DNA of 64,000 bases from Candidatus Latescibacterota bacterium (GTDB taxonomy: Bacteria > Latescibacterota > UBA2968 > GCA-2709665): NCBI GenBank assembly GCA_965222075.1, contig OZ244937.1, forward strand, positions 4,928,001 to 4,992,000. Direction: 5' to 3'. The notes under the pieces are model-generated. The model had not been told where the DNA came from and ran no database searches. It saw only the letters and a program-made list of their open reading frames with translations. The position numbers and the translations under genes are program-made. Positions within the stretch are counted from its first letter, which is position 1, and each line of letters begins with the position of its first letter. This document shows, in pieces, positions 9,392 to 17,888 of this stretch.

Positions 9392-9419
9392 CCCGGACGG
9401 TCCACCGGGTCGCCCCTAC
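9392..9419 (-). repeat. GTAG-type REP-like palindrome
   Basis: Minus strand GTAGGGGCGACCCGGTGGACCGTCC; shares GTAGGGGCGACC with 57523-57548. Confidence 0.6.
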
Positions 9420-12214
9420 TCAGGCGAAATCAGGGGGTTACCCATTTTGAATACCCCCTTTCCGTATGTCCCGGCATACACGGTTTGTGGACTTAAGGGA
9501 TGGATCGCCAGGGTGTAAACAAAGGTGTCCGCCAGCCCTGCGCGAATCCAGGTACGTCCCCCATTCTCGCTTTTGTAGACGCCTCCACCGGGGGTCGCGG
9601 CATAGACCGTCTCAGGATTGGAAGGGTGGATCGCCAGGGAGAGGATCCTTTTCGCGAGAAGCCCGGTGTTGACAGCTGACCAGGTGACGCCTCCATCGCT
9701 GCTTTTGAATATGCCGCCATACGTCCCAACGTACACGGTTTTCGGACTCGAGGGATGGACCGCCAGGGTATGGACATCCGGATTTGTCAGGCCGGTGTTG
9801 ATCGGAGTCCAGGATGTCCCTGCGTTGGTGGATTTGAAGACGCCTCCGGTTGTTCCGGCATAGAGGGTGTGGGGATTGTTGGGGTGAATCGCAAGGGTTT
9901 GGGCCTTTTTGTGTGTCAGGCCGGTGTTGATCGGAGTCCAGGATGTCCCTGCGTTGGTGGATTTGAAGACGCCTCCGGTTGTTCCGGCATAGAGGGTGTG
10001 GGGATTGTTGGGGTGAATCGCAAAGGTTTGGGCCTTTTTGTGCGTCAGGCCGGTGTTGATCGGAGTCCAGGATGTCCCTGCGTTGGTGGATTTGAAGACG
10101 CCTCCGATTGTTCCGGCATAGAGGGTGTGGGGATTGGAAGGATGGACTGTTAGGGAGAGGATTTTTGTGTTCGCCAGTCCTGCGTTGATCAGCCTCCAGG
10201 TCGTCCCTGTGTCGGTGGATTTGAAGACGCCGCTCAGGGTTCCGGCATAGAGGGCGTGGGGGGCCTGAGGGTCAACCGTCAGGGAGAGGACCTTTGTACC
10301 GGTCAGGCCTGTCTCCTTCCAGGTCGTCTCCTCGGTCCCGCCTTTGAAGACGCCTCCCATCGTTCCGGCGTAGACCGTCTGAGGGTCTTCCGGATCGACC
10401 GCCAGAGAGAGGATGCTCAAGCTGGTCAGGCCTGTGACGGTCTCCTTCCAGGTCGCCCCTGCGTTGGTGGATTTGAAGACGCCGCTCAGGGTTCCGGCGT
10501 AGAGGGTGTGGGGATTGGAAGGATCGACTGCCAGGGAGAAGACCGTCGTTGAGGCCAGCCCGGTGTTGACGGCCGTCCAGACGCTCCCTCCGTCGGTCGT
10601 TTTGAGCAGCCCCCTGCCCAGCGCGCCGGCATAGACGGTCCGGGGGGCCGACGGATCGGCCGTGAGGGCGAAGATTTGCGTGTTCGTCTGCCCTGTGTGG
10701 ATCCAGATGATTCCCCCATTGCCGGACTTGTACACGCCTTCCGACGTTCCGGCATAGACCGTTTGCGGGCTTGCAGGGTCGATCGCCAGGGTGAGGGTCC
10801 TGGTATGGTGCAGGTCCATAAGGGACCAGGTTGTGCCGCCATTTGTGGATTTGAAGATGCCTCCGGTTGTTCCGGCATACACGGTTTGCGAATTGGAAGG
10901 ATCGATCGCCAGGGAGAGGACTTTTGTATTGGCCAGTCCTTCGTTGACGGCCGTCCAGGCCTCCCCCCGGTCGGTACTTTTGAATATGCCTTTCCCGTCC
11001 GTTCCCGCATAGAGGGTCTGTGGATTGGAAGGATCGACCGTCAGGGCGTAGACCCGGATGCCCAGGACCGACCGGGTCCAGGACGTGCCCCCGTCGATGG
11101 ATTTGAAGATGCCTCCGGTTGTTCCGGCATAGACGGTCTGAGGGCTTGAAGGGTCGATGGCCAGGGTCTGAATATCTATATTTGTCAGCCCTGTGTTGAT
11201 CTCATTCCAGGAAGCTCCTGCGTTGGTGGATTTGAAAACGCCTCCTACGGTTCCGGCATAGAGGGTTCGGGGGTTTGCAGGATTGCGCGCAAGAGCGTAG
11301 ATATTCCTATTGGCCAGTCCCGCGTTGACGGCCGTCCAGGAGGATCCCCCATTCGTGGATTTGAAGACGCCTCCCAATGTTCCGGCATAGAGGGTGCGGG
11401 GATTTTCAGGGTCGATCTCTAAGGAGAGGGTTCTGGTATTTGTCAGCCCTGTGTTGACGGCCGTCCAGGAGTCCCCTGCGTTGATGGATTTGAAGATGCC
11501 TCCCAATGTTCCGGCATAGAGGGTGCGGGGGTCTGCAGGATTGCAGGCAAGGGCGTAGACATTCAGATTTGTCAGTCCTGTGCTGGCGTCCGTCCAGGAG
11601 TCCCCTGCGTTGGTGGATTTGAAGATGCCTCCCAATGTTCCGGCATAGAGGGTGCGGGGATTTTCAGGGTTGATTTCCAGGGAGAGGATTTTTGTGTGGG
11701 TCAGTCCTGTGGTGACGGTCGTCCAGGACGCTCCCCCATTCGTGGATTTGAAGACGCCTCCCAGCGTTCCGGCATAGAGGGTGTGGGGATTTTCGGGGTT
11801 GACAATAAGGGCGTAGACATTCAGATTTGTCAGTCCTGTGTTGACGACCTTCCAGGAGGATCCCCCGCTGGTGGATTTGAAGACGCCCCCCCCCTCTGTT
11901 CCGGCATAGACGGTCTGGGGATTTTCGGGGTTGACAATAAGGGCGTAGATATTTTCATTGGTGATCCCTGAGTTGACGGCCGTCCAGGAGGCCCCTGCGC
12001 TGGTGGATTTGAAGATGCCTCCATTGTATGTTCCGGCATAGAGGGTGTGGGGATTTTCAGGGTCAACGATCAGGGCCGAGACGATTCCTCCGTAAGGCCC
12101 CTTGCTCACCCAGAGGGCGCCCCCGGCGTCAGTTCCCCACAGGGTAAGGCATAACAGTAAGAGAGTGGAGAGTGGAGAGTGGAGAGTGGGGGGTGAAAAG
12201 ACACGCTTCCGCAT
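9416..12214 (-). CDS. Secreted BNR/Asp-box (YCF48/VPS10-like) multi-propeller protein
   Basis: About 20 repeats of P.TLYAGT.GG.FKST..G.SW...NTGL; start placed at the ATG before the signal peptide; promoter upstream. Confidence 0.85.
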   Translation of the reverse strand: MRKRVFSPPTLHSPLSTLLLLCLTLWGTDAGGALWVSKGPYGGIVSALIVDPENPHTLYAGTYNGGIFKSTSAGASWTAVNSGITNENIYALIVNPENPQTVYAGTEGGGVFKSTSGGSSWKVVNTGLTNLNVYALIVNPENPHTLYAGTLGGVFKSTNGGASWTTVTTGLTHTKILSLEINPENPRTLYAGTLGGIFKSTNAGDSWTDASTGLTNLNVYALACNPADPRTLYAGTLGGIFKSINAGDSWTAVNTGLTNTRTLSLEIDPENPRTLYAGTLGGVFKSTNGGSSWTAVNAGLANRNIYALARNPANPRTLYAGTVGGVFKSTNAGASWNEINTGLTNIDIQTLAIDPSSPQTVYAGTTGGIFKSIDGGTSWTRSVLGIRVYALTVDPSNPQTLYAGTDGKGIFKSTDRGEAWTAVNEGLANTKVLSLAIDPSNSQTVYAGTTGGIFKSTNGGTTWSLMDLHHTRTLTLAIDPASPQTVYAGTSEGVYKSGNGGIIWIHTGQTNTQIFALTADPSAPRTVYAGALGRGLLKTTDGGSVWTAVNTGLASTTVFSLAVDPSNPHTLYAGTLSGVFKSTNAGATWKETVTGLTSLSILSLAVDPEDPQTVYAGTMGGVFKGGTEETTWKETGLTGTKVLSLTVDPQAPHALYAGTLSGVFKSTDTGTTWRLINAGLANTKILSLTVHPSNPHTLYAGTIGGVFKSTNAGTSWTPINTGLTHKKAQTFAIHPNNPHTLYAGTTGGVFKSTNAGTSWTPINTGLTHKKAQTLAIHPNNPHTLYAGTTGGVFKSTNAGTSWTPINTGLTNPDVHTLAVHPSSPKTVYVGTYGGIFKSSDGGVTWSAVNTGLLAKRILSLAIHPSNPETVYAATPGGGVYKSENGGRTWIRAGLADTFVYTLAIHPLSPQTVYAGTYGKGVFKMGNPLISPE
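9786..10135. repeat. Three near-identical 129-bp (43-aa) tandem units within the BNR gene
   Basis: gtcaggccggtgttgatcggagtccagg recurs at 9786, 9915 and 10044. Confidence 0.85.
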
Positions 12215-12240
12215 TCCGCAATCCGAGATCCGAAATCTGA
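12162..12240. repeat. Heptamer tandem repeats (AGAGTGG)x4 and TCCGCAT/TCCGAAA-type units
   Basis: Directly visible; they overlap the signal-peptide region and start of the BNR gene. Confidence 0.75.
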
Positions 12241-12336
12241 AGTTCCCATTTGGGTTGTTCAAACGCATTGGGAAGGCCGTGGGCTGTGCAGGTGGTATTG
12301 CAGGGAAGGACAGCAGCAGGGGGTGGGCAGCAATAT

Positions 12337-12365
12337 ATCGTATTTTCTGGGATCTGCAAAGTCAA
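12337..12365 (-). promoter_or_regulatory. Sigma70-like promoter for the BNR/NHL genes
   Basis: Minus strand TTGACT-N17-TACGAT. Confidence 0.55.
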
Positions 12366-12476
12366 GTTTTATGTGCCGGCGAGGTGCCTGAGGCCTTGAA
12401 ATTCAGGGGAAATTGGGTAGTTTTTATATCTTCAGAGGCGGCTGATCATTATCGGAGTTCAGACAGGAGGTGTTCT

Positions 12477-13403
12477 ATGAAGAGAAAGGGGTCTGTTTTT
12501 GCAAAGCGGAGGGCCATGTGCGGGGTGCTGATGGCCTTTTTGACGGCCTGCGACGAGACGCCGATGAAAGGGCCTCAGACCGGCGAGGCCCTTACCGTGA
12601 CGCTCCCCGGCAACGTGAGTATGGCGTTTGTCCGGATCGGGCCGGGGAGGGTTATTATGGGGTCGTCCTATGGAGAGGCGGGGCGGTTTGAAAACGAGGG
12701 GCCGCAGCATGAGGTCGCGATAACAAAGGGGTTTTATATGGGAAAGTACGAGGTGACGCAGCGACAGTGGGAGGCGGTGATGGGCACCTATCCGTGGCGG
12801 ATGCGTCCCCCCGCCCAGGGGCCAAGGGACTATGTTGTGGAACACCCGGACCACCCTGCGGCTTACATCTCATGGAACCACGCACAGTCCTTCATCCGCA
12901 GGTTGAACGAGGCCGCCGGAGATTCGCTGTACCGGCTGCCCACGGAGGCGGAGTGGGAGTATGCGGCGAGGGCCGGGACGCTTACACCGTGGTCGTTTGG
13001 GAACAACGAAGGCCGGATGGGGGATTATGCGTGGTATTCCGACAATGCCTGGGTCAGCGATCAGGAGGATGAGGGGGAGAAGTACGCGCATCCGGTGGGG
13101 ACGAAGCAGCCGAATCCGTGGGGGTTGTACGATATGCACGGCAATATGTGGGAATGGTGCCAGGACTGGTATGCGGAGGACTATTACAGGTTTTCTCCCG
13201 GTGCGGACCCCATTGGGCCCGGGTCGGGCGAGTCCCGCATTTTTAAGGGCGGTGACTTCTCCAGTTCCGCCACGCTGTGCGGGTCGGCGCGTCGCGGCGG
13301 CCTCCCCCCGGAGTTTACAGGCAACGGCGGCATCGGCTTTCGTGTGGTGAGGCAGGGCGCGGATAGGGAAGGGGGCCGGGGGATCAGGTCATTTTCACGG
13401 TAA
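12477..13403 (+). CDS. Formylglycine-generating enzyme (SUMF1/FGE-sulfatase) domain lipoprotein
   Basis: RLPTEAEWEYAARAG, PNPWGLYDMHGNMWEW, GFRVV; AGGAGG RBS before ATG 12477; lipobox FLTAC; FGE catalytic Cys pair not seen. Confidence 0.85.
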   Translation: MKRKGSVFAKRRAMCGVLMAFLTACDETPMKGPQTGEALTVTLPGNVSMAFVRIGPGRVIMGSSYGEAGRFENEGPQHEVAITKGFYMGKYEVTQRQWEAVMGTYPWRMRPPAQGPRDYVVEHPDHPAAYISWNHAQSFIRRLNEAAGDSLYRLPTEAEWEYAARAGTLTPWSFGNNEGRMGDYAWYSDNAWVSDQEDEGEKYAHPVGTKQPNPWGLYDMHGNMWEWCQDWYAEDYYRFSPGADPIGPGSGESRIFKGGDFSSSATLCGSARRGGLPPEFTGNGGIGFRVVRQGADREGGRGIRSFSR

Positions 13404-13416
13404 AGCAAAAAGGAGG

Positions 13417-13445
13417 TTGACAAGGGGGCTTCAGGTGGGTACATT
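13417..13445 (+). promoter_or_regulatory. Sigma70 promoter P1
   Basis: TTGACA-N17-TACATT with an upstream A-tract. Confidence 0.75.
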
Positions 13446-13492
13446 AGGGGGTAAGAATCAGAGTGTTTATTGCTGAGCCGGGGATGAGCCGT

Positions 13493-13525
13493 CAAAGGGG
13501 GACGGTTAGACCCCTTTTTTATTTT
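13493..13525 (+). terminator. Putative intrinsic terminator T1
   Basis: aaagggg...ccccttt followed by a U-rich tract. Confidence 0.5.
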
Positions 13526-13542
13526 GGTGATAAAAAAAAAGG

Positions 13543-13571
13543 TTGACAAGAGGATTTCGGGTGAGTACATT
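13543..13571 (+). promoter_or_regulatory. Sigma70 promoter P2 (duplicate of P1)
   Basis: TTGACA-N17-TACATT with A9 upstream, 126 bp after P1. Confidence 0.75.
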
Positions 13572-13670
13572 ACAAGGCCATGTGAATTCCTGATTCTGGG
13601 ATTTAAACCTTACGGGGTTCAGGTTATGTGGTCGAATTGGTTTAATTATCATTCAATCATTCATTCACGC

Positions 13671-13714
13671 CGGGGATAGGCTGGCCGTAAGGACAGTTAT
13701 ATCCCTGTTTTTTT
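13671..13714 (+). terminator. Intrinsic terminator T2
   Basis: Long stem cggggataggctggcc-GTAA-ggacagttatatccctg followed by T7. Confidence 0.7.
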
Positions 13715-13877
13715 ATGTTTTGAAGGCCAGTCTTGAAAAGTATGGAAAGGAGGGATGCGTAGAATTAATGTTGTCGGGTGGTTGCTCGATGGTTCCTGGC
13801 GTAGACATGGCCAACATCCCCTCACGGATGTCTGCGGCCGTAATTTCAACCTTATAATGTGGAAGGGGGGAATTATT

Positions 13878-14588
13878 TTGAAGACGAAGGCATGGTTGCT
13901 GTTTTTGACTGGGGTATTCCTGTTGAGCTCCGTCTCAACGGTGGACGCGCAGGCCCGTAAATGGGGTGTGGGCGCGTTCCTCTCCTGGAACAACCCTGTG
14001 AGTAAACTGGGGGATCAGTTCGGTCCGGCGCCCAAGTATGGGGCAAACTGGCAGTATCTGATTTCCCCGAGGCTCTACCTTGAAATGGAGTACCACTATT
14101 CCAAGTGGAAACGTGGGAAGTTAGTGGATAGGACGTTTACCTGGTCGGTGGACGGGAATGACTATCTGAGCCCGAGGGCGGAGGCGACGATGAAGATGAA
14201 CAGTATGATGTTTAACCTGTTGATCTTCCACCAGCAGGTCCCGTCCTTTAAGGGCAAAGATTTTACGTATTATTTTACGGTTGGAGGTGGGTTCCACAAT
14301 TACAACGCAGCACGTCGGAATTTCATCTACCCGGATCAGAAGGCGGAGCCTATTGATAAGACCCTGGTGCTCCAGGATCAGATCGACACGAGGGCCGCGT
14401 TGACGGTCAACTTTGGGTTTGGGGTTCAGGCTTTTGCGATAGACAACGTGGCGATAGACCTTCGGGCGCGTTACCACGTGATGATGGGCGATATCCGGCC
14501 GATGTGGGACTGGGGGGTCGTGAACAAGGCGTTTCCGATGATGCTGTTCGATATCGGCGCAGGTGTGAAGTTTTACTTCTGGAAGTAA
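13878..14588 (+). CDS. Small outer-membrane beta-barrel protein
   Basis: TTG start after a G-rich RBS; signal peptide ending VDAQA; amphipathic strands; C-terminal GAGVKFYFWK. Confidence 0.75.
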   Translation: MKTKAWLLFLTGVFLLSSVSTVDAQARKWGVGAFLSWNNPVSKLGDQFGPAPKYGANWQYLISPRLYLEMEYHYSKWKRGKLVDRTFTWSVDGNDYLSPRAEATMKMNSMMFNLLIFHQQVPSFKGKDFTYYFTVGGGFHNYNAARRNFIYPDQKAEPIDKTLVLQDQIDTRAALTVNFGFGVQAFAIDNVAIDLRARYHVMMGDIRPMWDWGVVNKAFPMMLFDIGAGVKFYFWK

Positions 14589-14609
14589 TCAGATAAGGAG
14601 GACTGAGCG

Positions 14610-17600
14610 ATGGCAACAAGCAAGCGTCTATTTATTCTCGTCGGCATGCTGTCTTTGCTGGTGGCCCTGCCCTTCTGGAGCGTCTACGGAGGTTCTCTGG
14701 GGAAGATTCAGGGGCGGGTGCTGGACGCAACGAACGCACCCCTGCCCGGGGCCAGCGTGGTGATTGAAGGCACGCAGCGGGGGACGGTGACCGACGCAGA
14801 CGGGTACTACCTGCTCCTGGCGTTGGACCCGGGGAAGTATTCTCTGACCGCGTCGCTGGTGGGGTATACGAATGTGACGCAGAAGGAGGTGGAGATCACG
14901 GTCGATCACACGACCATCGTGGACTTTTCGCTGAAGGAGGAGGCGATCGAGGCGGCCGAGATCGTGGTGACCGCCGAGCGTCCTCCGGTGGAGCTGGACA
15001 AGACCGCGACGAAGTATCTGGTGACGGCCGATGATATCGAGCAGACGCCGATCATCAAGACGACGGCGGAGTTTATCTCCCTGCAGCCTGGTGTGGACCA
15101 GGCCGGTACGTTCACCATCCGCGGGTCAGACACCACCCGGGGCACCAACCCCAATGCGTGGGGCTCGCAGTGGTATGCGCCCAACGACACGTATGTGATG
15201 GTGGATGGGGTTCGCATTCCCAACCAGGATGGGCACTCGGCCATCCTGTTTACGGGGATAAACAAGAGCGCGGTGCAGCAGATCTCGGTGGAGACGGGTG
15301 TGACCCCCGCAGAGTATGGGGACGCGCAGGCAGGCACGATCAACATCGTGACGAAGGATGGTGGGAAGGAGTTCCACGGGTGGTCGGAGGTCAACTTCGA
15401 GCCTGCGGGTCAGAAGCACTGGGGGGCGAACATCTACGATGCGCCAAGCCACCGCAACAGGATGGACTGGGACAATCCGGAGTGGCTGGGAGAGACGGAC
15501 CCGTTGACGGGCCGGATCATCCACGTGCGTGAGGACTACGCCAGCAACCAGGGCGTGCGGTTGGAGGGCAGCCTGTCGGGTCCGCTGGGTCCGAAGGCGG
15601 GGTTCATCGTTTCGGCCAAACACGACCGCCGCGCCTCGACCTATCCGGCAGCGACGAGCCACGGGTTTTATAACGACCGTGGGCAGTATCTCAACGCGCC
15701 GGACTACTTCTCGGGATCGGGAAGTGTCACCCTCAAGCCTACGCCCAACACGAAGTTCAAGCTGGGGTTGATCCTTGAGACCTACACGGCCTACAACGAC
15801 GAAGTCAACGAGTATGGGTATGCCAACGAGGGCTTCATCCGGGGCACGCGGCACAGCCTGCGTAATCTCTTCCTGCCCAAGAACTGGGCGGGTTCCGGTC
15901 AGTATGATCACCAGGAGGACCTGGAGTATATCACCTTTACGCACACGCTGTCTCCCAAGACGTTTTACGAGGTGCGCATTTCGCGGAGCCACACAGGCCA
16001 GGATACGGTTGGCGCGCCTGCGTTTACGACGGACTCTCGCAAGGACAAGAGCGGGTGGTTCATCATCGACCGTCAAATCGCGATGTGGGTCGATTCACAG
16101 CGGACGCGCCTTGCGCTTAAGGCAGACGTGTCCAGCCAGATCACCAAGGGGAATTTTGCGAAGGTCGGCTTTGAGGCGGTCTCCTACGATGCGTATTACA
16201 CCTACTGGGGCGCCCGGTCGAAGTCGGACAACTGGTTTACGTATTATGCAGGTGGAGATACCCCCTGGGAGATGGGCACGCCTGCCCAGCCGATTCGTGG
16301 GTCTTTGTATGCGCAGGATAAGATGGAGTTTGAGGGGTTGATCGTAAACGTGGGTCTGCGCCTCGATTTCCAGAAGCACCGTCACGAGGAGCTGGTGCGA
16401 TCCGGGATGCACTGGGCGCCGATGTGGCGTCGGTATAGCAACCGTCACTACGGCTACGGCGTGGGCGCGGGGAACGGTGTGGAGGTTCCCCAGAACTTTG
16501 CGCTGACGCCGCCGACGCATGTCTACCTCAGCCCCCGGTTGGGCATCTCTCATCCGATCACGGACCGGATGGTGATGCACTTCTCTCTGGGCAGATTCGT
16601 GCAGTGGATGGACCTTTACAGGCAGTATGCGAAGTCCTACCGCAACTTCGGCCGGATCGGTCCGGATGGGGATCCTTCCTGGGTCGACCTCAACAACAAC
16701 GGGGTGAAGGACGCTGCGGAGCATTTGAGCAACATGGACCCGCACTACAGTGGGTTTGGCGGGGATCCGTGGACGCTCCCGGAGGAGACGCTGACGTTTG
16801 AGGTGGGCGCAGACTGGAACTTCGTGTCTGACTACACCGCAACGTTGACGATGTTCTACCGCAACGAGACGCAGCAGATCCGCAACGACGGTACGGGCTG
16901 GTATGGTCCCAAGCGTGGGTCTCACTACACGCGGGGCAAGGCGAACTCGGCCGCGGCGTATATCAAGGGCGTGGAGCTGGCGCTCGGAAAGCGGATGAGC
17001 AGCTATTTCTCCTTCCGGGTGGCGTGGTCGGCGTCGTGGTCGGCGTTCGGCAACATGGGCCTCTCCCAGTATGGAGCGTCCGTGTATCCGGACTCCAACT
17101 TTGTGCGCAGCAGCAATTTCTGGTATGATTTCACTTACGGCGCCGATGGGTCGGGAATAGGGATTCCGCTGACGGAGAAGGAGAAAGAGGAGTTCAGCCA
17201 TAGTGCGAACAATTCGGTGCGCAGCCTCCTCAACAGCCGACGGGACAATCCCCAGCGGTTCTACGGCAAGATGCCGGAGTTTGAGGACGATGCGATCTTT
17301 ATCGACTACCGGTCGCTGGGCGGAAACCGCTACGGTCCGATGGGCGCCTGGGCAGGTCAGAAGAGCGGTTGGATACTGGCGCAGGCGAACGTGCAGTTTG
17401 TGCTGAATACGCCCTCAGACGTGCGGTTTGGCCCCGGGTGGATGAGCTGGATGGCGAGCGACCTGAGCGCGAACATGCTCTGGAAGATGCGGTCGGGAGG
17501 ACGGGTGCGGTGGACGCCGCCGGGGCAGGAACGGCGGGTAGACCACAGATCGATCGATGCCACAACGGACCTGAGCGTAGAGAAGGTGTTCAACGCAAAG

Positions 17601-17807
17601 GGTCGGGTGCGGCCGGCGCTCTTCGTCGAGGTCCGCAACCTGTTCGAAGATAAGATTGACACGGCCAATAACACGGACTACATGCGGTGGGGTCTGATGA
17701 TGGCCCGTCCGGACAATGCCGACTTCATCCAGTACGGGGACTTCGGCGACCGGAGTTACTTCAAGAGACCCAGGCAGACCAACATCGGTCTCCGTGTGAT
17801 CTTTTAA
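14610..17807 (+). CDS. TonB-dependent receptor with N-terminal carboxypeptidase-regulatory-like domain
   Basis: GKIQGRVLDA..PLPGASV..EGT..G..TDADGYY; plug motif PAEYGDAQAGTINIVTK; SPRLGISHPIT; C-terminal Phe; AAGGAGG RBS. Confidence 0.9.
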   Translation: MATSKRLFILVGMLSLLVALPFWSVYGGSLGKIQGRVLDATNAPLPGASVVIEGTQRGTVTDADGYYLLLALDPGKYSLTASLVGYTNVTQKEVEITVDHTTIVDFSLKEEAIEAAEIVVTAERPPVELDKTATKYLVTADDIEQTPIIKTTAEFISLQPGVDQAGTFTIRGSDTTRGTNPNAWGSQWYAPNDTYVMVDGVRIPNQDGHSAILFTGINKSAVQQISVETGVTPAEYGDAQAGTINIVTKDGGKEFHGWSEVNFEPAGQKHWGANIYDAPSHRNRMDWDNPEWLGETDPLTGRIIHVREDYASNQGVRLEGSLSGPLGPKAGFIVSAKHDRRASTYPAATSHGFYNDRGQYLNAPDYFSGSGSVTLKPTPNTKFKLGLILETYTAYNDEVNEYGYANEGFIRGTRHSLRNLFLPKNWAGSGQYDHQEDLEYITFTHTLSPKTFYEVRISRSHTGQDTVGAPAFTTDSRKDKSGWFIIDRQIAMWVDSQRTRLALKADVSSQITKGNFAKVGFEAVSYDAYYTYWGARSKSDNWFTYYAGGDTPWEMGTPAQPIRGSLYAQDKMEFEGLIVNVGLRLDFQKHRHEELVRSGMHWAPMWRRYSNRHYGYGVGAGNGVEVPQNFALTPPTHVYLSPRLGISHPITDRMVMHFSLGRFVQWMDLYRQYAKSYRNFGRIGPDGDPSWVDLNNNGVKDAAEHLSNMDPHYSGFGGDPWTLPEETLTFEVGADWNFVSDYTATLTMFYRNETQQIRNDGTGWYGPKRGSHYTRGKANSAAAYIKGVELALGKRMSSYFSFRVAWSASWSAFGNMGLSQYGASVYPDSNFVRSSNFWYDFTYGADGSGIGIPLTEKEKEEFSHSANNSVRSLLNSRRDNPQRFYGKMPEFEDDAIFIDYRSLGGNRYGPMGAWAGQKSGWILAQANVQFVLNTPSDVRFGPGWMSWMASDLSANMLWKMRSGGRVRWTPPGQERRVDHRSIDATTDLSVEKVFNAKGRVRPALFVEVRNLFEDKIDTANNTDYMRWGLMMARPDNADFIQYGDFGDRSYFKRPRQTNIGLRVIF

Positions 17808-17813
17808 CCGACA

Positions 17814-17852
17814 TCAGGTGGACGCGGCCTTACGGGGCTGTGTCCACCTGAT
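17814..17852. other. Strong intergenic hairpin without U-tract
   Basis: atcaggtggac...gtccacctgat, 11-bp perfect arms plus an inner stem. Confidence 0.7.
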
Positions 17853-17888
17853 ATTCTGTAATGAAACTTATGGAAGGAGGATTAGGGT

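Noticed and set aside
9786-11950. Regularly spaced repeats resembling a CRISPR array
   Set aside because: In-frame coding repeats of BNR blades; spacers are homologous to each other; no cas genes.
12102-12476. Long N-terminal extension of the FGE ORF
   Set aside because: Overlaps the divergent gene and heptamer repeats; RBS and lipoprotein signal fit ATG 12477.
12477-13403. FGE/CLec-fold protein as a diversity-generating retroelement target
   Set aside because: No reverse transcriptase and no template-repeat copy of its 3' end seen in the window.
13417-13571. rRNA operon P1/P2 promoters
   Set aside because: Spacing is similar, but no 16S or tRNA sequence follows.
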